From: Tubulanus polymorphus | Lineage: Eukaryota; Animalia; Nemertea | NCBI RefSeq assembly: GCF_964204645.1 | Contig: NC_134027.1 | Span: 1,208,385 to 1,272,384, forward strand | Reading direction: 5' to 3' | Length of the DNA stretch: 64,000 nt | Shown here: positions 39,301-49,094 of the stretch, piece after piece | How the letters are laid out: the number at the start of each line of letters is the position of its first letter | How positions within the stretch are numbered: position 1 is the first letter of the stretch | Program-made: the position numbers and the translations under genes | The notes under the pieces: model-generated | What the model saw: only the letters and a program-made list of their open reading frames with translations | Told to the model about the DNA's origin: nothing | Database searches by the model: none

Positions 39301-41713
39301 TAAGAGACGGCCAGAGCCTTTTTATAGGTTGTTATGGCTCACAACCTGACTTGAGTTAGCTGTACGGACCTGTCAGATTAGTTACTTCTAGAAGTTATGT
39401 TAGTCACATTTTCTGACTATATTCTGGAAAACAGTGGAAGCTTGTATCCACCCTAGATTAGAACCAATCAGAATAGAACCAATCAGAATAAAACCAATCA
39501 GAATAGAACCAATCAGAGGAAAGTGTTATCTCTGATCGGGTTAACTCGAGATATAAGCAGCTGTTGATGTGAAACCTGCGGCCGCGGTATCAACGTCTTA
39601 CTATAATACGCTATTTTACAGATAATTGATTTATGACAGGGTTTGGTTAATTAGCATTTTTTCTCGAGTAGTTGCCGAAAAAGCATAAAATTCGATTCAA
39701 TTTCATTCAGATTTAAACAAACAAATCAAATTTAATTTAAATAAACTTCAAATCTAATTAAAATTTTGTTCAGTATGAATAAGTTGCAAATCATTGAGAG
39801 GAAAAAATAATTAATTGTGTTACTTAAAAAAATCACAATTGTACTGTGTTTATCAAAACAGGAGACCACAGGACCTTTGGTCCTCTAGTATTCTTTTCCT
39901 GGCAATTCCAAAAACACTAAAACAGTCCAATCAATGATCGCTGCCAGACCAACACGATTACATTGAAATCAAACTTAAGTAGCATCAGGCGCCCCCTGTT
40001 GGAATAATATTCATAGCCGTAGCATCGAAACCATTCGACTTGTTGTTTAATGTATTTCTCTCTATTTTTATTTTACAGTGGTGAACATTTTAGAAGAATG
40101 TCCGTTTGGGGACTTGGTGGGGGAATTCAAAAGAAACTTGGTTCCCGATAGGATACCACCACCGGTTAATCCTATGTCGCCCGCTGCTGCCCCTCCCCCA
40201 CGTCCATTAAATTCGCCTCAGCAGCGGCCTGTCAGACAGCCGCCCCCGGCCGCCACTCGTTCGTCAGACAGAGTCCGGGGACGGCTGTTTGAAGGAGATC
40301 TGACGGAGGTAAGAATGTTTATTTGTTTTCATATTTTATTCAGGATATCAGTTGAAGTTCAGCAAATAAATTACCCTATATGTCTACAGTTAGCCACTAA
40401 TTCAACAAAAACCTGTTAACGGAAAAGAAGTTATAAATTTCCGTTTGCGGGTAAAACCCCATAGTCGAAAACCTTCGGGTTATTGATCTATATCTGCATA
40501 AGACCAATGGTTGTACACACGATTGCGAAAACTTATCCGTGGTAACGCGTAGAGTACACTATGCGTGACTTACCGTTTCCTATCACTGGAAAACAATACT
40601 GTTTTTGACCATGAGCGCCATCTGCGGCGGTCATACGGACTGACTGGTCATTGGCTGAAATGCTCGTCTACCGTGGTGACGATTATTCGGTGTTACACGT
40701 GCAGCAGACACGTCTCTGAATATCTAACATATCACATATTTCCCGACAACATTTGATTTTGTTGTAACTCATCGGAAAAATGTGTTTATGAGTTGATTTT
40801 TCGTCGAAATTTTGTTCCGCAAATAATTGGCTGTGTACGTCAAGAAGGCAGCTGATATTTGTATCGTGTGACCTCTCGGCCCGGTAATATGCCGACACAC
40901 ATACACCAGATGCTTATTCCGTTGTATTGGATATAAACGCTGGCGTGCTCGTGACTTCCAGCAATGTTCTTATTCACCAAAAATATCATGTTTTGTCCGA
41001 GTCTGGATTGAACGGATGACACGTTCAAACAGAACTACGAAATCAATTCCAGAAGTCGTTTTATATTGAAACGGTCCCAGAAGTCCCTGTTATAATGGGT
41101 ACTTTTTCAAAAAAAGTAACGAGAACTCCGATGGCTTTACGTATCAGATTTCTATAAGCGTCACTCGTAGCTATACCTAAGCGCCACCTTGTGGCACGAT
41201 ATCCTACCGGTAACTACATATAGGTGTTTTATTTGCTGAATCGCTGGTTTTCTCATTCTGATTTTTTATACTCGTGTTTGATTTTATACTAAACAAATTT
41301 TTCATTTTTTCTCTTTACAGACACGACCACCGCCAAAAAAAACAAGATCAAAACGAAAAAGAAAAGTTGCGGTCGTCGTGGCTCCGCAGGGAGGAGGAGC
41401 AAGAGTGGTCCCGGCGGATGGTGCGGCTGACGAAGGTAATCGGGAGGAAGGGGAGGGGATAAATAGGAAGCGGCCGAGGAGGGATGGTGGTGGGGCTGGG
41501 GATGGTGCGGGTCCTGCTCCTCCTGCTCCTCCATCCGTATCTCGGGCGGTCACTCGTTCACTCGCCAAAAAGCTGGCGAGTGAACGAGTGGCCCGAGAGG
41601 TAGAGGTGGTGGCCCGACATACGGATGGAATGTGGGAGGAGCGGCTTCGTTCGGGGACAATTCCGGATTTGTTAAACGATTTAAAAAATATTCTTTCAGT
41701 GAAGGGATATTAG
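26146..41713 (+). CDS. Unrecognised 346-aa disordered basic protein: join(26146..26208,27353..27445,28005..28052,28427..28453,30368..30406,30617..30698,38786..38851,40079..40308,41321..41713)
   Basis: Each exon has a pyrimidine-rich AG acceptor and each internal exon a GTAAG donor; phases 0,0,0,0,0,1,1,0 join into a 1041-nt open frame with polyQ(19), polyS, Pro-rich and KKTRSKRKRK/RKRPRR tracts. Confidence 0.7.
26273..26381. mobile_element. Harbinger-like MITE
   Basis: GGGTCCAGTTTCACAAA / TTTGTGAAACTGGGCCC termini. Confidence 0.6.
29302..29614. mobile_element. MITE with two convergent CTCF-like motifs; related copy ~35185..35510
   Basis: Perfect 14-bp TIR ATGGGATACCCGCA / TGCGGGTATCCCAT; shares TTGTCAAAA..AGTTCATTTTC and CTAGCGACACCTGGTGGATCC..GATTGCCACAGT blocks with 35.2-35.5 kb. 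Confidence 0.65.
30743..30912 (-). mobile_element. Penelope-like retroelement remnant with minimal hammerhead ribozyme
   Basis: 13-bp direct repeat CATTCAATTTTTT on both sides; 28-bp perfect inverted repeat; HHR core on the minus strand. Confidence 0.65.
30810..30850 (-). ncRNA. Minimal type I hammerhead ribozyme motif
   Basis: CGC-CUGAUGA-U-GGCUAA(UAGUCU)UUAGCC-GAAA-CGUU-GCG. Confidence 0.6.
31655..32463. repeat. 52-bp GC-rich minisatellite (~15-16 copies)
   Basis: CCAGGCATCACCGGGTACTGAACATCCGGTCAGCTCCGTGCACCGGGCCGGT. Confidence 0.95.
32583..33056. repeat. 35/25-bp minisatellite
   Basis: GTCGAGGGACCGTTTAGGAAGTTCA(TGTCTTTCA)C. Confidence 0.93.
33254..33810 (+). mobile_element. Non-autonomous Helentron/DINE-1-like (HINE-type) element
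   Basis: T-run start, subterminal IR TACCCCT..AGGGGTA, GTCCGT/GGGCGT microsatellite-like tract, three internal diverged repeats (GAGGA..GATGAGCCCTA), GGTCAAGGGTCA motif. Confidence 0.5.
34062..34802. repeat. 55-bp minisatellite (~13 copies)
   Basis: TTGTAGAACCTCTGTAGGGGCCTTGCTGTGGATGCTGACTATACTCAGACATCGA. Confidence 0.95.
35620..36790 (+). mobile_element. Decayed DIRS-type (tyrosine-recombinase) retrotransposon, reverse transcriptase region
   Basis: Broken frames give LIIDLSFLNRHI, WAASLD..VPIH, FQFRSLPVGLSTA, then YLDDWLL (36469) ...LGSRVN*VKSHLMPSQQFTYLDMDFDL..VFPS; DIRS RT motif order with stops and frameshifts. Confidence 0.85.
37093..38348. repeat. 63-bp minisatellite (~20 copies)
   Basis: AATTCCAGTAAGTCAGGTTTAGGGAATAGATATTTAAACCTTGAGATGAAACCGATGTGATAC; source of the 21-aa-repeat ORFs. 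Confidence 0.96.
38909..39147. mobile_element. hAT-like MITE, same family as 17373..17638
   Basis: CAGGCGCGGATCC / GGATCCGCGCCT termini; body is the reverse complement of the 17.4-kb copy. Confidence 0.7.
40079..40308 (+). CDS. Orphan gene exon 8, Pro-rich
   Basis: ttttacAG ends 40078, GTAAGA 40309; GC-rich; matches ORF 40078. Confidence 0.7.
41321..41713 (+). CDS. Orphan gene last exon with NLS-like basic tracts
   Basis: ctttacAG ends 41320; in frame with ORF 41378; TAG 41711-41713. Confidence 0.7.
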   Translation, partial: TRPPPKKTRSKRKRKVAVVVAPQGGGARVVPADGAADEGNREEGEGINRKRPRRDGGGAGDGAGPAPPAPPSVSRAVTRSLAKKLASERVAREVEVVARHTDGMWEERLRSGTIPDLLNDLKNILSVKGY

Positions 41714-42339
41714 GTGCCTTGAACGCATGAGTCGTTCATGTGCGCCTAATATGCCTTCACTGAAAAAAAATCAACTATAACATGTACCACATATTTTTTG
41801 ATTTAATTTTAGTCCAATTCCACAATTATTTCGGCTTACAATAGTGTCTTCAATTCTTTAAAGCCCAAAGCACCTTTTTGACTCAACATCCAGTATGAAG
41901 GTGGCCGGGAATTGGGCCTTTTTTCTTCCTTTTTTGTATCCCGCCCAGCATACTGGTTGTTGACTCGAAAAGGTGCTCGCTCTGGGAGCTTATCAAAGGC
42001 AGGTGATGGGAAAGGTGCCATCACACACTCTCCTTTGATAAGTTTCCTAGAGTGTCACGGGCTTTAACGGGTTGAATTCACTATAATACCAATTTTCCAA
42101 AATCAATTTAATTTCTTTCAGGCCATTCTTTTTCCATGTTTTTCTGGTACATGTTATGGTTGATTTCCATTTTCGAAAATCCGGAATTGAAGCCGTTCGA
42201 AGTCGGGGGGATGGTGGTGGGGTTGGGTTAGTTTAGGGTTCCTCTCTGATTACCTTCTTTAGCTCATCATCCGTGCAGGTGGCGCTTGCTCTTCTAGCCG
42301 GTGTTCCCTGGGGTAAACATTTTAAATTAAAAAGATCAA

Positions 42340-43070
42340 AAATTTAAAAAAAATTATAAAATCTTTAAAAATCTCATCTCATTTCATCCAATTTATTTAT
42401 TTGCGGGTGCGATCCCTATCGCACCCATTCATGTCATTCATCCAAAAAATTTAAAAAATCAAAAATAAAAAAAAATTATAAAATCTTAAAAAATCTCATC
42501 TCATTTCATCCAATTTATTTGCGGGTGCGATCCCTATCGCACCCATTCATGTCATTCATCCAAAAAAAATTAAAAACTAAAAAAGAAAAAAAATATAAAA
42601 ATTCAAAAAATCTCATCTCATTTCATCCAATTTATTTATTTGCGGGTGCGATTCCTATCGCACCCATTCATGTCATCCATCCAAAAAAAATTAAAAAATT
42701 AAAAACAAAATAGAAAATTATAAAATCTTAAAAAATCTCATCTCATTTCATCCAATTTATTTATTTGCGGGTGCGATTCCTATCGCACCCATTCATGTCA
42801 TCCATCCAAAAAAAATTAAAAAATTAAAAACAAAATAGAAAATTATAAAATCTTAAAAAATCTCATCTCATTTCATCCAATTTATTTGCGGGTGCGATTC
42901 CTATCGCACCCATTCATGTCATTCATCCAAAAAAAATTTAAAAATTAAAAACAAAATAGAAAATTATAAAATCTTAAAAAATCTCATCTCATTTCATCCA
43001 ATTTATTTGCGGGTGCGATTCCTATCGCACCCATTCATGTCATTCATCCAAAAAAAATTTAAAAACTAGA
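42340..43070. repeat. ~120-bp AT-rich tandem repeat (6 copies), each with a perfect GC hairpin
   Basis: GGGTGCGAT-(C/T)CCT-ATCGCACCC at 42405, 42523, 42644, 42769, 42890, 43011. Confidence 0.9.
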
Positions 43071-43317
43071 AATTAAAGTTCTAAGTTTGTTGTTAGATTC
43101 TATTCAAAGAACGTTGTAAAGTTCTTAATTTGTCGTAAAAAACGTTTGAAAAAAAGAACTTCTTAAAGTTCTCAATCTGCCGTAAAATGCAATTGAAAAG
43201 ATTATAACTCACATGAAAATTAAAACGATAAAATAATTGATAAATAATCATTAATAAAAATTGAACTTTGGTCTCGCAATGTTTCCCCGTTATGCATTTT
43301 TTACTCGTCGTCAAACA

Positions 43318-43920
43318 TCGGCAGCTCATCGTCGATACTAGCAGCTCGATACACACCAGCAGTTCGATACCAGCAGTTCGTCGTCGATACACACCAGCAG
43401 TTTGTCGTCGATACACACCAGCAGTTCGTCGTCGATACACACCAGCAGTTCGTCGTCGATACACACCAGCAGTTCGTCGTCGATACACACCAGCAGTTCG
43501 ATACACGCCAGCAGCTCGGTACTCACCAGCAGTTCGTCGTCGATACACACCAGCAGTTCGATACTCACCAACAGCTCGATACACGCCAGCAGTTCGTCGT
43601 CGATACACACCAGCAGTTCGTCGTCGATACACACCAGCAGTTCGTCGTCGATACACACCGGCAGTTCAATACTCACCAACAGCTCGATACACGCCAGCAG
43701 TTCGTCGTCGATACACACCAGCAGTTCGATACACACCAGCAGCTTGTCGATACTCACCAGCAGCTCGTTGTTGATACACACCAGCAGCTCGTTGTTGATA
43801 CACACCAGCAGCTCGATACACACCAGCAGCTCGTCGACACTCACCAGCAGCTCGATACTCACCAGCAGCTCGTCGTCGATACACACCAGCAGTTCGATAC
43901 ACACCAGCAGCTTGATACCA
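43318..43920. repeat. 18/24-bp low-complexity tandem repeat
   Basis: CAGCAGTTCG(TCGTCG)ATACACAC units; open in several frames because unit lengths are multiples of 3. Confidence 0.92.
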
Positions 43921-44888
43921 AAACAGCTTTTAGCTGGTGAAAACCTACCCCCCATCGGGGTTAAACATGATCAAGCTATTATTCTAGGAATATAGCTGTT
44001 GCAAGGGAAGTTAAGATTCATTAACCTAAACTTGATACAAAGAGATTATTGCTAATTATGAATTTCAAGGGTTTAAAAACTGATTTAAAAATCTTGAAAG
44101 ACGCTCGGTCTCACTAGAGATTTTCATCTTAAAGATTTATTGTCCTCTTACTATTGTTTAGGTGATCTATAATTTGGTAAATGCTGCTGTTGGAAAGATG
44201 CCAGAAGAAAGTTGATTCATGCACATCTTCACTTCACGTATTTATTGCACAAGGCGCCGACTTGCACCTGCACTACACCATTCACACTTCATCACTTCTG
44301 CATCTTTATCAATTAATTCTGGCATCTATTTGAAAATTACTTTAAACATCAGATCTCAAACTGAAACATTGAGGTATTGAATTTCAAACTGAAATATCGA
44401 GCTATCGAATCTCGATCTCAAATGTTTACTGGAAGCCATATTTGATGTTGTATTATTCATCATAGATTGTTTAGTGTTTTCTGGCATATGCGGGCCATTT
44501 AAGATGGTCAGATAAATTCCCCGGTGGAAAATATATCTCGTGGAAGAGTCATGGAAATGAAAAATATCTTATGTAGATGTGAAGTTAGGAACCTTGCAAC
44601 AGTTATTCCACCTGAGGATAATTTGATATAAGATGAATCAGTTATTGGATCATTTAACTGAAGCCAAATATAGTGAAAAATCTTAGTACAAATTTGTCTC
44701 AAACTACAATTGAAAGGACTTATCACAGTTCTAATTCGACTCTAGGTGCGTTCAGAAGAACTTCTTAACAGTGAAAAAACTTGACTAAAAATCAGGAATC
44801 GACCCTGTTCATTGATAAGATTTGATCTTTATTTGAAGATTAAGAATCAAACTCGCTAATTCACAATTTTTGGAAGTAAATACTGTTG

Positions 44889-45088
44889 ATCCATCATATT
44901 CGCAGCCCCCGTGGGCTTACCAATCCATCATACGTGCAGCCCCCTTGGGTTTACCAGTCTATCATACTCGCAGCCCCAGTGGGCTTATCAATCCATCATA
45001 CGTGCAGCCCCCTTGGGCTTACCAGTCTATCATACTCGCAGCCCCAGTGGGCTTACCAGTCCATCATACGTGCAGCCCCCTTGGGCTG
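44889..45088. repeat. 34-bp tandem repeat (6 copies, two alternating variants) with AGCCC-N4-GGGCT hairpin
   Basis: ATCATACGTGCAGCCCCCTTGGGCTTACCAGTCT alternating with ATCATACTCGCAGCCCCAGTGGGCTT... Confidence 0.88.
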
Positions 45089-45814
45089 AATTTGAATATT
45101 TGATACGCGACACGCGTGATTGAAGCTTTGTTTATGTTCGTGCTTGCCGCGATGAATTGTCATAAATATATCCTCCGTACTGGAGGACCATGAAAAGGTT
45201 TGAAGGGATCCCTAGTTAGCGCCTGTCCAGGTTTGGCTCTGGACCCGCTTGTTCGACTAGGCATCTTGTTGGAAATTTTGTCGACTGAAACTTTCGTAAC
45301 TTTCGTTTTAGACCTCGCTTAGAAACCGCCTTGTTCTTCTGCCGTAGATGTTGACTGTGTCGTACCCACAGTAGTATCATTTGAGATCTTCAAAGTCTCA
45401 TTGCTTGAAAGTAGCCATCTTAAATTCAAATAGTTTCGGACATTTGAGGTCCTCATCAACTCCGAGTCTTCATTCAACTGCAGTTACTGCCATTTGCCAG
45501 TGTCTGATGTAGAAGTGTCTGACTTGACATTTTGATTTTCAGAATTAAAACCTTTTTCTATTAAAGAAATTAGATATTGGTTAAAAAAAACGAGTGAATA
45601 ATTGTTTGTAAGAAAAAAGAAAATCTTGTTAGAAAAAAATATAGATGTAAAAAAATATAGATGTAAGAAAAAAAAGTATATTGTAAATCGACAGACAACA
45701 GAACCAGCATCAGCAACAACAACATCAGAGGAAGCAGTAACCAGTTATTTATCAGCTCCATAAATTACTGAAACGAAATCCACAACTTGGAAACCAGACA
45801 CACTCGACTCTAGA

Positions 45815-47995
45815 ATTGTTTATACAACTGTCAACATGGAGTTCATCTCACAAGCAAATTAGGTAATTATCTTATGATTTTGTATGAAATGCTAATTTAC
45901 ATTTTTGCATTTAAGTTTAAATGAGTTAAAAATCACGTTTCATTTGTTGTTTATTTTGTCTTTTCAGTTTTCAATTTGCCGAGATCAGTCACAAAACTGT
46001 TACAACGGAAACTAAGATATCAAAGACTTGATTCGGCAAAGATTGAAGAAATCTTGCGAAGAGATTGTTCATAGAACTGTCAACATGGAGTTCATCTCAC
46101 AAGCAAATTAGGTAATTATCTTATGAAATTGGATGAATTGCCAATTTTACATTTTTGCATTTCAAGTAGGTGTAATTGAATGTTTGTCAACCTAACTCTT
46201 ATAAAACTGTGTTAACCGTTGAACAGGATTCTAGAACTGTGCAGAAAACCCGTTATCGCTGCTTTGCAGCTATATTTATCTTATGATTTTGTATGAAATG
46301 CTAATTTTTGCATTTACGTTTAAATGAGTTTAAAATCATGTTTCATTTGTTGTTTATTTTGTCTTTTCAGTTTTCAATTTGCCGAGATCAGTCGTCAGAA
46401 AACTGTTACAACGGAAACTAAGATATCAAAGACTTGATTTCGGCAAAGATTGAAGAAATCTTGCGAAGAGATTGTTCATAGAACTGTCAACATGGAGTTC
46501 ATCTCACAAGCAAATTAGGTAATTATCTTATGAAATTGGATGAATTGCCAATTTTACATTTTTGCATTTCAAGTAGGTGTAATTGAATGTTTGTAAACCT
46601 AACTCTTATAAAACTGTGTTAACCGTTGAACAGGATTCTAGAACTGTGCAGAAAACCCGTTATCGCTGCTTTGCAGCTATATTTATCTCATGATTTTGTA
46701 TGAAATGCTAATTTTTGCATTTACGTTTAAATGAGTTAAAAATCATGTTTCATTTGTTGTTTATTTTGTCTTTTCAGTTTTCAATTTGCCGAGATTAGTC
46801 GTCAGAAAACTGTTACAATGGAAACTAAGATAACAAAAACTTGATGCGGCAAAGATTGAAGAAATCTTGCGAAGAGATTGTTCATAGAACTGTCAACATG
46901 GAGTTCATCTCAGAAGCAAATTAGGTAATTATCTTATGAAATTGGATGAATTGCCAATTTTACATTTTTGCATTTCAAGTAGGTGTAATTGAATTTTTGT
47001 CAACCTAACTCTTATAAAACTGTGTTAACCGTTGAACAGGATTCTAGAACTGTGCAGAAAACCCGTTATCGCTGCTTTGCAGCTATATTTATCTTATGAT
47101 TTTGTATGAAATGCTAATTTTTGCATTTACGTTTATATGAGTTTAATCATGTTTCATTTGTTGTTTATTTTGTCTTTTCAGTTTTCAATTTGCCGAGATC
47201 AGTCGTCAGAAAACTGTTACAACGGAAACTAAGATATCAAAGACTTGATTTGGCAAAGATTGAAGAAATCCTGCGAAAAGATTATTCATGAATTGTTCAT
47301 ACAACTGTCAACATGGAGTTCATCTCACAAGCAAATTAGGTAATTATCTCATGATTTTGTATGAAATGCTAATTTTTACATTTTTACATTTAAGTTTAAA
47401 TGAGTTTAAAATCACGTTTCATTTGTTGTTTATTTTGTCTTTTCAGTTTTCAATTTGCCGAGATCAGTCGTCAGAAAACTGTTACAACGGAAACTAAGAT
47501 ATCAAAGACTTGATTTGGCAAAGATTGAAGAAATCCTGCGAAAAGATTATTCATGAATTGTTCATACAACTGTCAACATGGAGTTCATCTCACAAGCAAA
47601 TTAGGTAATTATCTCATGATTTTGTATGAAATGCTAATTTTTACATTTTTACATTTAAGTTTAAATGAGTTTAAAATCACGTTTCATTTGTTGTTTATTT
47701 TGTCTTTTCAGTTTTCAATTTGCCGAGATCAGTGGTCAGAAAACTGTTACAACGGAAACTAAGATAACAAAGACTTGATTTGGCAAAGATTGAAGAAATC
47801 CTGCGAAAAGATTATTCATGAATTGTTCATACAACTGTCAACATGGAGTTCATCTCACAAGCAAATTAGGTAATTATCTTATGATTTTGTATGAAATGCT
47901 AAATTTTACTCGTTATTTTTTTACTAATAAGTTGACTTTGAAATCTTTATTTATTTCTTGTTTATTTTGTCTTTTCAGTTTTGAATTTGCCAAGA
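45815..47995 (+). repeat. Tandem array of ~265/~407-bp exon-intron-like units (7 introns)
   Basis: Donors ATTAG|GTAATT at 45863, 46112, 46519, 46925, 47340, 47605, 47870; acceptors TTTTGTCTTTTCAG ending 45967, 46370, 46777, 47181, 47446, 47711, 47978. Confidence 0.85.
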
Positions 47996-48094
47996 TTCAC
48001 ATGTAGCAGATATAATGGAATTAAGTATTGAGAACCGCAACTTAACAATAAACCGGATCAACTTAATATAGTGCTGAGGACCAAAAATAAACAA

Positions 48095-48900
48095 TAAACT
48101 GACCAGTGTAATTCAGTGTCGAGAACCGCAGTTAAACGATGAACCCGACCAGCGTAATTCAGTGTTGAGAACCACAATTAAACGATGAACCAGACCAGTG
48201 TAATTCAGTGTCGAGAACCACAATTAAACGATGAACCTGACCAGTGTAATTCAGTGTCGAGACCAACAATTAAACGATAAACCGGACCAGTGTAATTCAG
48301 TGTCGAGAACCTCAATTAAACGATGAACCCGACCAGTGTAATTCAGTGTCGAGAACCGCAATTAAAGGATGAACCGGACCAGTGTAATTCAGTGTTGAGA
48401 CCAACAATTAAACGATAAACCCGACCAGTGTAATTCAGTGTCGAGAACCGCAATTAAACGATGAACCCGACCAGTGTAATTCAGTGTCGAGAACCGCAAT
48501 TAAAGGATGAACCGGACCAGTGTAATTCAGTGTCGAGACCAACAATTAAACGATAAACCCGACCAGTGTAATTCAGTGTCGAGAACCGCAATTAAACGAT
48601 GAACCCGACCAGTGTAATTCAGTGTCGAGAACCGCAATTAAAGGATGAACCGGACCAGTGTAATTCAGTGTCGAGACCAACAATTAAACGATAAACCCGA
48701 CCAGTGTAATTTAGTGTCGAGGACCACAATTAAACGATGAACCGGACCAGTGTAATTCAGTGCCGAGAACCACAATTAAATGATGAACCGGACCAGTGTA
48801 ATTCAGTGTCCAGAGCCGCAGTTAAACAATGAACCGGACCAGTGTAATTCAGTGTCGAGAACCGCGATTAAAAGATGAACCGGACCAGTGTAATTCAGTT
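48095..48900. repeat. ~46-bp minisatellite (~17 copies)
   Basis: GACCAGTGTAATTCAGTGTCGAGAACCGCAATTAAACGATGAACCC. Confidence 0.93.
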
Positions 48901-49094
48901 TCGCAATAACCGCAATAAAACGATTATCTGGAGTTGTAATAGTGTTGTGTATTTGCGTAGTGGATCAAGTGGAAGGATTTTAAGTGTATTTGGTGACTTT
49001 AATTCGTTCGCATCCAACAGAATCAACAAAGACATTACAAAAAACGACAAAAAATGATTGAATGTAAATGCATTGAATTTAGGTTTGATGATCA

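Noticed and set aside
40683-41028. Minus-strand ORF fragments in intron 8 as a decayed transposase
   Set aside because: No diagnostic motif recognised
41768-42310. Minus-strand mini-gene (ORF 41836-42024 plus exon-like segment near 42255-42308) and a 22-bp inverted repeat (41768/42145)
   Set aside because: Phases do not join the exon to the ORF; at most a small MITE-like remnant
43093-43995. Five overlapping repetitive ORFs (YRRRTAGV, SSIHT, ELLVCID)
   Set aside because: An 18/24-bp repeat is open in most frames; no frame is preferred
45165-45543. ~128-codon minus-strand frame with two internal TAA stops
   Set aside because: No recognisable homology; cannot be told from chance without a search
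47288-48006. Three similar 62-69-aa ORFs (MNCSYNCQHG...)
   Set aside because: They read through intron-like sequence of the 265-bp repeat
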